A stretch of 64,000 nucleotides of DNA from Lama glama (Eukaryota): positions 1,612,001-1,676,000 of the forward strand of contig CM052816.1 of the NCBI GenBank assembly GCA_028534125.1, read 5' to 3'. The notes beneath the pieces were generated by a model that was not told where the DNA came from, searched no databases, and worked only from the letters and a program-made list of their open reading frames with translations. Of the stretch, positions 52,118 to 63,894 are shown piece after piece (positions within the stretch are counted from its first letter, which is position 1; each line of letters starts with the position of its first letter). The translations under genes were made by a program, and so were the position numbers.

Positions 52118-52568
52118 GTGGGGGAGAGGTTAACCACAAAATTTACATTTTTACTTCGAGAAGACAGAGTAGAAAAGAAAGCAGCCCCTATAACAGGTCC
52201 TAGTCAGTGGCAGCTTCTTATTCCATGAGGTTAAAGAAGACTTTGAAGAAAAAAAAAGTTGTTTGGAAAAATTCAGATGTAGTTGCTTTGTATGTTGTGA
52301 TGGGCAGAAGGGATGAAGTGAAGTGTGTAGATCCCCCAGAGCCTCTATCTTGTCTCAGACTGTGGCCTGGAATCCTGGGGCAAAGAAAGCACCACTTTCA
52401 TTCCTGTGTCTTGGATCTGTTGATGGCCATGAAGTGACAGAGAACAACGAGCAGGAAGAGCAACATGTCTAGCATGTTGGCAAAGATGGTGAGCTGCACA
52501 TCTGTAATCATGCTGATCAGCTGGGCGTGGCGCCAAAGCTGTCTGCAAATTAGCTCGAGGTTGGAGAC
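52118..52568 (-). pseudogene. OST4: Processed (retro)copy of OST4, oligosaccharyltransferase complex subunit 4; ORF 52511->52398 intact
   Basis: Minus-strand [37 protein letters not shown] vs recalled mammalian OST4 [37 protein letters not shown] (26/37). The 3' UTR (cacttcacttcatcccttctgcccatcacaacatacaaagcaactac) resembles recalled OST4 mRNA. Imperfect TSD at 52105-52117 / 52569-52580. Confidence 0.92.
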
Positions 52569-53150
52569 ACAATTGCTTTTCATATTGTTGGGGAAGCAGC
52601 CACTGCTTGATGTGTTGCCCTTCCCTGGGATAATCCAATCAGTGCCCTGAGCCTAGAGCATTCCCTTAGATGGTGGCCAGGTGCCAAGGGCTGCCTCAGA
52701 TCCTTCTTCCTTATTAGGAGAAATCCTTTTCCTATTCTGATTATACAGTGAACATCCATGTATTGCTTAAATGTGTGCATCATAAAGAAACTGGTCAGCC
52801 CCACTAGTATGTCTTCCCCCGAGGGGGAGAGAACAGATCTTTACCTGCAGTATGAGAAGGATGCATATAGCCCACCGATCTATACTGACTACTGAGAGAG
52901 GCCCACAGGCCATGGGCAATGAGGCCATACCAGACATGCTGATCTTGCTGCGTCTTTTCAGCTTTCTGTGGGTAAAGTGTTGTTTCAACCAGAATCTCTG
53001 TTGAGTCTTCCTTGGTGACTGCAAACCTGTAGAAGATTTGTGGGCTTCAACTACTGGTGACTGGCATTGCTAATGTCTTTCTTTGTCATCCTTCACACAG
53101 TGGGAATCCTTAGTTGGGACTGGTAGCTGGATCTTCCTGCTGAATATACA

Positions 53151-55510
53151 TCAGTTAACAGAAGGAAGAAGAAAATATGCATTTATACTGTCTCTTATAA
53201 TTATATAATTACCTTTTTGGTGCTCTTTGTTCTTTTGTGTGTATTTTTAAATTACCACTTGGCGTCACTTGCTTTCAGCCTGAAGAACCTCCTCTAATAT
53301 TTCTTATAATGCTAGCTACAAGTTTCTCTCCATTTTGTTTATCTGGGATGGTATTTTGCCTTCAACTTTTTGAAAGATAGTTTTGTTGAGTATAGGATTC
53401 TTGTTTGACAGTCTTTTTCTTTAAGCATTCTGAATGTTATCCCGTTATGTTCTGACTTCTTTTGTTTCTGAGAAGTCAGCTGTTCATCTTACTGTGGTTC
53501 CCTTGCAAGTAATGAGTCATTTTGCTCTTTCTGCTTTCAACATTTTCTCCTTGCCTTTGACCATTAGCATTTTCACTATGATGTGTCTGCTTGTGGCTAT
53601 CTTTGTGTTTATCCTGTTGGAGTTCACTGACATTCCTGGATAAGTAGGTTAGTGTTTTTCAATAAATTTGGAAAGTTTTCAGCCTTTATTCTTCAAAAAT
53701 TTTTTCTACTTCTTTCTCTCTCCTTTCATGCTATTTCCATTATTTATATATAGGTTCATGTAGTGGTGGTCCACATTTCTCTGACAGTCTGTTCTTTTTT
53801 TTCCCATTCTTTTTTCCCCCTATTATTGGGGTTGTATAATCTTTATTGACTTATATTCAAGGTTTCTAATTATTACTTCAGCCAATTCAAATCTACTGTT
53901 GGTTCCTCTAGTGAATTTTTCATTTCAGGTATTGCACTTTTCAGCTCCAGAATTTCCATTAATTCTTTCTTATAATTTCTAACTCTTTATTGATATTCTG
54001 TACTTGGTTCAACATCGCCATCATTTCTTCCTTTACTTCTTTAATGATGGTTTCCTTTGGTTCTTCGAACAGATCTATAATGGCTACTTTGAAGTCTTTT
54101 TCAATTAAATCCAACATTTGGTCACTTTTCTGGGTAGTTTCTGTTGCCTGCTTTCTCTTCCAGAGAATAGATTATAGTCCCTTGTTCCTTTGCAAATCTC
54201 ATAGTTTTTTCTTGGAAACTGGACATTTTACATAACTTATTGTAGTAACTCTGGATACTTCCTTACCCCCTGGTGTTATTATTGTTATTTGCTTCTTTAT
54301 TTACTTAGTGATTGCCTGGATTGTTTTAGCGAAATCCACCCTCCTGCACCTCCATTCCCTCATAGTGTGAAGACTCTGATGCTGTAACTCAGGGAGGCAC
54401 AGGTTGGGGTACACCCACAGTTACCCTAGATGACAGTGGTTTGTCAGAGTGCTCTTCATCTCTTTCTCTGACCACGCCCAGCTGTTAGGCTCTAATGATT
54501 GCTGGCTGATTGCTCTGTTCTTTTCAAGAACGTTCCTGAGAATAAACTGCTCTGAAGACTAATCCAGTCAGGTTTGGGCGCCCTTGACAGAACAGTTCCT
54601 GAGGTCAGTTTTTGATGTTTGTTCTGACTGCAGGAGGGCTCCTCCCAGCTGTCTCCTTTCCTAGATCTCTCCCACGAGGTAATCAGCCTGAAGTTTAGTC
54701 TGTATCTTCTTTGAATCTAGGGATCTCCTCCCAGTTGCTTTTAACCACTACCTCCACTGTTTTTGAGGGTACTCATTGTCTTGAACTGCAGCTTTGTTGC
54801 AAACAAAGTTGATTCCTCTCAGAAGGGACTAGGTGCTGTCTGTTTTACGGCTTGTTTCTCCCCCACACAGAATCTTGGAACCTGGGCTCTGAAGCTGAGA
54901 ATGAAGACAATGGCGGGTTTCTTTCAGAGGAACCTCCACTTTATAGTGGAGGGGTGCAGTAGTCCGAGGCCTTCTCAGTCTGCTTCTCTTAGCATGAAAC
55001 CCCCGATTTATGAACCAGGGCAAGGGCAACCAGGGTGCCAGTGTTCTCAGCACACTGCAACCAAGCTAGACTTCATTCCATGAATGGGGAATGGGCAGAA
55101 GGAGGAGCCTCCACCTCCAGAGCACACTCGGCTGGGACTTAGCCTCAGCAGCAGGACACTGGCGACAGGATGAGAAATGTTGGGTCCTTCTCCTGCTGGG
55201 AAGAAATCCCTCCAACTGGAGGGAGGGTAGCTGAGGGTAGAAGAGTCCTGTGCTTTTGGCTGCATCAGTCTGGGGTGAAGTCTCACTGAGCTTGGAATGG
55301 GAATACAGAGGGACCATTTTTTTTTTCAATCCCATAGATTCTCACTTTTCTTACAAACGTTTCATAAATTTCCTCGAACAGATGTTTCTTCATTTGCTAT
55401 AAACTCTTAGGACCATTTCCAGAGATTAAAAAAAATTTTTTTTTGATAATTTTCACCAGTTTCACTGGAGAGTGGGTTCACGGAGCCCCTCACACTGTCA
55501 TTCAAGAAGT
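53151..55510 (-). mobile_element. Old L1M (ORF1/5' region, antisense), right of the insert
   Basis: tttgaaagatagttttgttgagtataggattcttgtttgacag; aataaatttggaaagttttcagcc; ctagtgaatttttcatttcag. Confidence 0.85.
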
Positions 55511-55714
55511 CAATTTCAGTGTCTGCATTTCAGATCTTTGTTTTTGCTGGGTTTATTTCTGAAACATACGGTACTCTTAACCATTACAGAAGACTTAGGC
55601 TGGTTTTCAAAAAAAGGCGGATTCTATTCTGTTTTAAAACTGGTGTTTATTAGTAGCAATGAGGAGTCTGAAAATTCTTCGCATGGTTAGTAAGACATCT
55701 GGCTCTAATGGCAG

Positions 55715-56255
55715 TTTATCCATTCATTCAGCAAGCACATGCCCCATGTCCAGCAATCCCCAGCACTGTTCTAGGTGCTAACGACACCAAGTTTTAACAA
55801 AGCCCAAGTTCTTTTCACCCCTGGAGCTTGAAATCTAGTGGGTGAGGATGAGCAATAAACAAGTAAGTAGGTAATTAGAGATTATGGTAAGCGCTTTGAA
55901 GGAAGTAGGATCACCTGACAAATATGAGGCTCTCTAAGGTGGTGAGTAGGAGCTGAGACTGGAAAGATGAGAAGGAGCCAGTGATGCAAAAGGTAAGAAA
56001 GGGAATTTCAGATGGAGGAGCTAGTGAATGCAAAGGACCTGAGTCAGGCATGAATGCAGCATGTTCAAAGGACAAAAACCAGACCAGTGTGGCTGGAGGA
56101 ACAAAGAGGAGGGTGGAAAGAGAAGAGGCTGGGAAGGCAGAGAGGAGCCAGATCAGGCACAGATTGTAGGCTATAGGATGGAGTTTGAGTTTTATCTAAG
56201 TGCAGTGGGAGACCACTGGCAGGTTGTAGGCAGAAAAGTGGGGGCAGCGACATGA
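55715..56255 (-). mobile_element. LINE-2 3' fragment
   Basis: tccattcattcagcaagc...cagcactgttctaggtgct...tgcaaaggacctgagtcagg. Confidence 0.85.
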
Positions 56256-56944
56256 GGGGTGCTGTGGGAAGCAGACCTCAAATGCTTAAAATCAAAAATT
56301 TCAACACTGACCTCCACCCTCAGCCAAAATTTCACATAAATTTCTATGTTTTTGACTCTGTCTCCTAAACATCCTTCTTCCTAATGTAAGTGATCCATTT
56401 CTGTATTCCAGCAGCAGGAGCAAGATCTATATTTGAATCCTCCCTGTAGAACCTCTCACCTTATTTCTGCCATAGGCTCCACTCTATTCACGGAAAAGAA
56501 TGGCAGGCATACCTCCGTTGTCGTGAAGAAGCCCTCTTGAATTCATCCTGTGTAATGCAATTCTCTTTCCCCACTACCTTTTACACGCATAGCTATTTCC
56601 TGACTGTGAAGCAGCTCCATAATCTGTGATTACACAGTGCCGCCTTGCCCCGCTTCTGATGAAGAGACGCTTTATCTTAATTTCCCAGTGATCACTGGAG
56701 GCTAGAAGCTCCCTAACACTCCAGTTGAGTTTCTCTGACTCTGCCAAACCCCTAAGTCAAGTAGTAAATTCTGTGAAAACAAACAGTTTAAGTGCTCCCG
56801 GTGGAGCACTGGATTTTTAATAACACTGCATTTCTTCTGCAAAGGAATACATCTGCTTTACAGCTTCAGATTTTCCTTTATATGGTTTTCTTAAAGAAAG
56901 CTACGCCCTGAGCAGCATTTTCTCCCTACTCAGTCCCACGGTAA

Positions 56945-57180
56945 TGGTTCACAGTAATGGGGACTCTAGAGTCACGGTTGAGTATGTGGCCTTGAATCCT
57001 TCAGTCCAGGTCCTGGCTCAACCATTTCACAGTGGGTCTTTGGACAAGGTGACGTCCATAAAATTCCCATGCTCCATTTGTAAAATAGGGATAAAATAGA
57101 GCTGGCCTCACAGGGCTGTTGTGAGCATTAAGTGGTGTGATGCCTGTTACACAGCATGCACTCAATACATGTCAGTGCTC
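56945..57180 (+). mobile_element. MIR SINE
   Basis: ttgtaaaatagggataaaatagagctggcctcacagggctgttgtgagcattaag. Confidence 0.8.
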
Positions 57181-57624
57181 TCCTTATGTGAGTAAAAATT
57201 ACTAGATCAGTTTATTGACATAAAAAGACACACAATGTAGGGAGACAGAGAGGGTTGAAAGCACGGTCACCACACTGCATCCTGATTGATGTCATGGCCC
57301 TGTCTGGGAATTAGGACACAGAGTCTGAGGGCAGATGCCACGGCTGAGGAGAAATGAGGATTAGGGAGGCTTCCAGAAGCTTTGAAATGCAATCTCATCT
57401 CAATCCCTGGGCAGGCGACAAGGTTGAGGAGTGTGGCTCATCCATTCCATCTAGAAATCCTCACCCTGGTTGTCCTCACCATCCAAAGAGATGGGCTCGC
57501 AGTCCAAACACTGGCTGGTATGATTTTTTAACTCTCTCCAAAGAGTACCCTCAACTGTCAGGTTTGGTAGCGAAACTTGGAAATTATAATGAAGAAACAG
57601 CACAGCGAGGCAGAAAAATCTGTG

Positions 57625-57790
57625 GATTCATGATCAGGGGGCTTGAGTCCTAGTTCTGCCTCAGGCACTAGCCAGCTGGAAGAGTCTGGAAAACCTATCT
57701 TCCCCTGAACAGTTAGTTTCTCATCTGTATAATGAGGAAGTGAGATAGGTGGTCTTAAAAGGCACCTCTTCAGTTCCAATATTCTTTAAC
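57625..57790 (+). mobile_element. MIR SINE
   Basis: gagtcctagttctgcc...agtttctcatctgtataatgagg. Confidence 0.65.
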
Positions 57791-57959
57791 GGTGAAAACA
57801 GAGTTCTCCTTATGTCCCCAAATTCCCTAGCAAAGGGAGCAGCGGAGAGGACAGGGCCACCTACAACAGGAAGTGACCAGGAAAACGCCATGCAGAAACT
57901 TGAAATGAGTACCTCACTACTGTGTTCACCCCAGAAACCAGGCAACTAAAATCCTAACA

Positions 57960-59178
57960 TAAACTAGAACAACTCAAATGATAAAGAATCAGTACATGTG
58001 TTGGGAAGGATGTGGAGAGACTGGCACTCTTGAAAACTTCTAGTGGGAGTATAATTATTACAACCAGCTTGGAAAACTGTTTGGCAGTGTATATGAAAAT
58101 GGAACCATACGCATACTCTAGGACCCAGCCATTCCTCTCCTCAGATTGTCCCCAACAGAAATGTCTACCTATGTGTACCAAAAGATAGGTACATGAGTGT
58201 TCATAGCAGCATTACATGCAATATCTTAAAACTGAAGACAGCCCAAATGTCTGCCTAAAGAAGAATGGATACATAGATCCTGGGATAGTCACACAATGAA
58301 ATACCTTACAGTCATAGGATGAAACCAGCTACAGCTACATGTGGCACGATGGATGAACCTCACAAATGTGTTCAGCAAAAGAAGTCAGGCACACAGATGC
58401 CTGGATAAAGAAGTTATGGTATATTTACACAATGGAACACTACTCAGCCATAAAAAAAGAATAAAATAATGCCATTTGCAGCAACATGGATAGACCTAGA
58501 GATTGTCATTCTAAGTGAAGTAAGCCAGAAAGAGAAAGAAAAATATTGTATGTTATCACTTACATGTGGGAAAAAAAAGACAAACAAACTTATTTATAAA
58601 ACAGAAACAGACTCACAAACATAGAAAACAAACTTATGGTTACCAGAAGAGAAGGGAGTGGGTAGGGATAAATTGGGAGTTTGAGATTTGCAGATACTAA
58701 CTAATATATATAAAATAAATAAACAACAAGTTCATACTGTATAGCACAGGGAACTATATTCAGTATCTTGTAGTAACTGATGGTTAAGAAGAAAATGAAA
58801 ATGAATATATATATATATGTTTCTACATGACTGAAGCATTGTGCTATACACCAGAAATTGACACAACATTGTAAACTGACTATACTTCAATAAAAATATT
58901 TCAGAAAAAAGAAGTCAGACGCAGAAGAGTACCTTTGGGATTGATTCCATTTATATAAAGTCTAAACAATTGTTTGAAGTCAGGAGGGTGGTTACCCTCT
59001 GGGGGGGTGGTTAGTGTGATTGGAAATGGGTACGTGAAGGCTTCTGCAGTGCTAATAATGTTCTGTAATGTGGGTGCTGGTTACACGGGTGTTTACTTTG
59101 TGATTATTAATTGAGCTGTATACGTTTGACTTGGATGTATATTATACTTCAATAAATTTACCAAAAAATAATAAATAA
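57960..59178 (+). mobile_element. L1ME-like 3' end, host of a young L1
   Basis: ttggaaaactgtttggcagt...gatgaacctcacaaa; resumes ttccatttatataaag...ttatacttcaataaa. Confidence 0.85.
58394..58906 (+). mobile_element. Young camelid-type LINE-1 3' end (5'-truncated) with TSD
   Basis: Closely matches the 3' part of the L1 at 4410-4559 (ctggataaagaag...ccagaaagagaaagaa); TSD aaaagaagtcaggcaca / aaaagaagtcagacgca. Confidence 0.92.
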
Positions 59179-59912
59179 AAGCTCAAGTGTGGATATCATG
59201 TCTGAACTTACTTCCCATCTGGGGAAAGAAGAGAGCCACGATCTTGTGGCAGGTATGTATCTCTTTGCTCAATGCTGGACTGTAGGAAAAAAAGTCACTT
59301 TGGGTTTTCTAGACTGAATTTCATTTGTATTCTGGGCCCCTCTTCTCACCCTGCCTCCTAATATACATCTCATTCTGCTGGTGATGAAAGCAGTATCAGT
59401 CAAGCCTGCCTCTCTCACCTCCCTGCCTCTCTCCTCTGGATTGTGTCTGAGCACCAGGGGTCTTGCACAGGCCAGAGGAGGGCTGAGGAGGGCTGGTCCT
59501 ACTGCCACACCTAGGTGGCAGCCACAGAGAGGGCCCTGTTCTCATCTATCTCTTGTTACTTAACCACACAGATCATTGTTCTGTTCTTTTCCTCCCATCA
59601 CAAGGTCTCTCTGCTACATTTTGTAATCTCAAAACCAAGACCCAGTCATGCACTCATTCAAAGCAATAACAACTGGCACTTAGCTGTCCAAATATAAAGG
59701 GTGGCATGGGGGGGGGCGAAGTGGTGGTTATAGAAAACACCAGGGAAAACCGTATGTCAACATTTTAAAGGTACCATCTCCTCACATTTTCATCTACTAA
59801 ACATGGTGTTCATCTTGGTAGCCTGACCAATCTATTTTGTGAGTAGATTTCCCAAAGGAGGCGGAACAAGAGGTGAGATGGAGCAGAAGGAGAGGGCAAG
59901 GCAAAGGGCCAG

Positions 59913-60796
59913 TGTGTCAGATCCTAAAACCTCTGTAACAAATCACCATGAAGTAGGTGGCTTAAATTGTATTCTCTCACAGTTCTGGAGGCTTGACATC
60001 TGAAGTCAAGATGTTGGCCAAGGTTGGTTCCTTCCAGAGGGCTCTGAAGGACAACTGGTTCTGTGCCTGTCTCCTGGATTTGGTGGTTGCTAGCAATCAC
60101 TGGCATTCCTTGGTTTGTAGATGTATCACTGAAATCTCTCCCTCCCTTGTCGATGTTCTTCCCTGTGTGTGTGTGGTGTCTCCCTGTGTCTCTCAAGCTT
60201 CCTCTTCTTATAAACACCCCAGTCATGGATGAGGGCTCACTGTAATTCAGTATGACCTCATCTTGACTTAGTTATATCTGTGTATCAGTTAGCGAAGGCT
60301 GCGTAACAAAGTATCACAAACTGTGTGGCTTGAACAAGAGAATTGCACTGTCCTCCAGTTCTGAGACTAGAAGTCCAAAAGCAAGCTGTTGGTAGGGTTG
60401 GTTCCTTCTGATGGCCATGAGAGAAGGATCTATTCCAGGTCTCCCTTTGGCTTCTAGATGGCCATCTTTTCTCTGTGTTTCCTCACATCATCTTCCCTCT
60501 ATGCATGTCTGTCTCTGTGCCCAGATTTTTATATGAACATCAGTCACTGGATTAGGGCCCACCCCAGTGATGTCATTTTAACTGAGTTATCGCTATAAAA
60601 CCCTATCTTCAAATAGTGTTATGTTCTGTGGTACTGGGGGTTTGGACTCCAACATAATCTTTTTCGTGGGGTTGTGTAACAATTCAACTCATAACAATCT
60701 ACAAAGACCCTATTTCCTAGTAAGGTCACATTCATAGGTACCAGGAGTCAGGACTTCAACACATCTTTTTTGAGAGACACAATTCAACCTATAGCT
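59913..60796 (-). mobile_element. MLT1B/C-like solo LTR, interrupted by a second MLT1 LTR
   Basis: ttctctcacagttctggaggc...; resumes caaagaccctatttcctagtaaggtcacattc. Confidence 0.85.
60281..60696 (-). mobile_element. Nested MLT1C-like solo LTR
   Basis: tgtatcagtt...caattcaactcataaca termini; 5-bp TSD atctg/atcta. Confidence 0.85.
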
Positions 60797-60879
60797 GTCA
60801 GCTTCATTGAGTCCCTGAGAACTGCTGGAGTGTGGACTTCATCACCCCTCAGGTCAGTGTACAATTCTAGGAAACTTTT

Positions 60880-61065
60880 GATTGAGTGCCCTGAGCTGCC
60901 CCAACACTGCCCATGTACCTCTAATGTAGTACTTCCTGACTCATGTTGAAACCTATGTGAAATCTATCGCCCAGGACTGTGAGCTCCTCCAGGATAGGGA
61001 TGAAAACTTATTTCAGGGCCTGTCACAAATGAGATGCTCAGTGAATGCTGGACTGAACTGAATTG
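60880..61065 (+). mobile_element. LINE-2 3' end
   Basis: ggactgtgagctcctccaggataggg...atgctcagtgaatgctggactgaactgaa. Confidence 0.7.
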
Positions 61066-63089
61066 TTTGTCCATCATTTACAAAAATCGTCTTGTTTCAT
61101 ATTTTGCCATCAATTATGAGCAAATAAGCAAGCCAAATACATTCTTGGGTGATTCTGTAAATCATGGAATCACAGGCTGTCAGGATTGGGGAGGGGGAGC
61201 CCTGGAGATTTTCTAATCTAGGAATAGCAGATGGCCAGCACGCATTTCACCATTTCTAGCTCTGTCCCTGTGCAGACATCACTAATCTATTACAGCATTC
61301 TTCCCCACACTAAACTTGGATACACCTTCAGAGCTATTCTCAATATGTAACTCCAGAAGATGAAACCAATGTGCTATGTCTTGGGAGGTTCAACTCTATT
61401 CCTCCCAATAGATGGGAAAACTGAGACCCACAGTAAAGGAATGTGTCCAAGGTGATAGTGGCAGAGGCAGAACTGGAAGCCTCATCCCCTAATCCCTGGG
61501 ACCCTATTGGTTCTGCCCCCTCCTTCATGGTTTTCTGAAATGTTCCAGTGAAACGTGAATCACTGCTGCATTAAACACCATTGATTCACACAGGGAGATA
61601 AATCGTTCCTTTCTCAAATTTTCTGATCATATTAAAGAGGTCCCAGTATGATGCTGTTATGTCTGTAACACTCTTGAATCCTTTTTTTTTTTTAGGAAGA
61701 GGATGTCCAAGCACAGAGTCTTCAAGAGGCAATAGCATCCAGTTAGAATTTAACATGACCAAATTGTCTTCTTCTTACTTATGATTAAGATCACCAACCA
61801 ATTATTAAAAAAACTTTTCACACGTGGCTGTGATGACATTTTTCTTTTTAAATAAATGTATTTAAGCTTTTCCAGAGTCAGTATAAAGACAAACATTAAC
61901 AAAATATAGGCAGCCCACAAATGTAGCAAAATTTAAAAAGCTTGGGAATTATTGTGTAGCCATGTGAGCATTCTTACTCAGGACTCCTAAGACAAATACT
62001 TTTCCCCTTTCTCTACTAGACTTTTCAGAAAATATTTCCTTTTGCTTTGTCTCCTGCCTCTCTCTTAGCTTTTCCTCTGCTCCCAGTCAGCCTCCTCCCA
62101 GGTTCTCACCTACCAGTCTCCTTGTCTCCCAGTTGCTAGACTCTGTCATTTTCAGCATAGCTCCCTCCATCTGCTAAAACCAGTCTGAGGCTGCCTCTCT
62201 GCAAACCATGTGGCCTGGCAGACAAGGCAGCCTCAATGTTGATTCAAGAGTTGAAAGCAAATCCAGCTTAACCCTCATCCTCCTTTCTTAGCAGGAGAGG
62301 AGGCAAACTTTGTCTCCTGTCTCTCCTGTCCTCAGCCGAGGAGGGTGGGTCCCAGCTAGTTCCATGGTGCCCAGTCCTGTCTGACCTGGGTCTTCCTGCC
62401 TCCCTCCTCCACAGGAGCTATTCATAGACCTTCCTATGCCCACTCTTAGAAAGAAGCACTTTGTGCCCTTCACTGGATGGACTTCAAGCTGACACACCTT
62501 CCTTGGGTCAGGAGGGATGGGCCAGTTAGCCTTCCTCGTGGTTCAGGGCAGTGAAGTTCCAAAAAGTCTTGCAGCAAGCGGAACAGGGCCTCGGGTCAGG
62601 CCAGGCAGCTTTAGGGGTCTGTGCACTTATGCTCTGATGGTGCTCTCCCGGAAAGTCCCAAAGCTGGGCCTGGACGTCAGCATCACCACGTGTCCTCTCC
62701 CAATGGACAAAGTGAGGTAAAGTCACATTACACATTGGAGAAATGGAAAAAAGAAAGAGAAGAGGAATGAAGGAGAAAAGAAGGAGAGGAAGGGAAAAGA
62801 GGAAGGTAGAGAGGACCCTCCCAAGACTAGTTGTAGGGTTTTCTGAGAGCAGATAAAAGGTATCATGAAGGGGCATCCCAAACCACAGTGGGTATGACTT
62901 GCCCATGCACAAAGGCCCTGTGATGGCAGGAAAAAGTGCTGCCTGAGCACCACTGTGCACTGTCTGGCTTTCATTTCATGTGCAACGCAGAGTGCCTGCT
63001 ATGCGCAAGGAGCTGGAGCTCCAGAAATGCTCAAGACAGACCAGGTCTTTGCTCTCTTGGAGCTGACACTGGAGTGGGATAACAATGTC

Positions 63090-63275
63090 CCAGCAGCGCG
63101 TGGACACTGGAACCAGACTGCTGAATTTTAAGCCTGCGGTCCTGCATCTTAGCTATGTGACCCCGCATCTCCACTTAACACAAGTCAGTATCCTTATCTG
63201 TAAAATGGGAATAATAAGAGCCTCACTTAAAAGGGTCTTGGTAAATTTTCAAAGATATAATTAATATACGGCATA
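63090..63275 (+). mobile_element. MIR SINE
   Basis: ccttatctgtaaaatgggaataataagagcctcac. Confidence 0.75.
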
Positions 63276-63277
63276 GT

Positions 63278-63720
63278 GAACTGTGGTGATGTCTCACTGT
63301 GGCGTTAACTGTGTTTCCCTAATGTCCAATGATGTCTAATCATCTTCCCATGTGCTTATGTGCTATTTCAATATCTTTTTTGATAATGTGTCCATTCAAA
63401 TATTTTACTGTCTGGATACAAGTCCTTAATCAGATACATATTTTACAAATATTTTCCCCAGATTGTGACTTTTCTTTTTGTCTCCTTTAATGGTCTTTTT
63501 CTAAAAGCAAAAGTTCTTAATTTTTATGAAGTCTAGTTTGTCAATTTCTTTCTTTTGTAGATTTTGCTTTTGATAGCACATCTAAAACATCTTCACCTAA
63601 CTTAAGTTTTATAGTTTTATTTCTTACTTTTAGGACTTTAATCCATTTTAAGCTAATTTTTGTGCATGTTGTGAGGTGAAGGTCAAGGTTCATTGTTTTG
63701 CATATAGATAATGGAATTAT
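63278..63720 (-). mobile_element. L1M ORF2 3' fragment (antisense)
   Basis: ctggatacaagtccttaatcagatac...gtgaggtgaaggtcaaggttcattgttttgcatataga. Confidence 0.85.
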
Positions 63721-63894
63721 TTATGATTCCCTTTTTACAGACTGAGAAAAAAGAGAGACCCAAAGAGGCCAAGTAAGGAACCCCAAATCACAGATTAAAA
63801 CAGATTGAGCTGCACTTGAACCAGACAACCTGATTCCAAATAAAGTACTCTTTGCAGGCTGCCTCCACTTACTTGGTGCCTACAGTTTCTTCAA

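Noticed and set aside
52569..53150. Assignment of the host segment to a specific gene (ribosomal protein, GPBP1, Smr-domain proteins considered)
   Set aside because: Only a few scattered residues resembled these; not supportable without a database search
56791..56810. Perfect 8-bp hairpin agtgctcc-cggt-ggagcact
   Set aside because: Too short for a miRNA precursor and not extendable; chance-level
62526..62974. Hydrophobic 144-aa and 83-aa ORFs that look like membrane proteins
   Set aside because: The F/L/S-rich stretch comes from a low-complexity polypurine tract (about 62735-62815) read antisense
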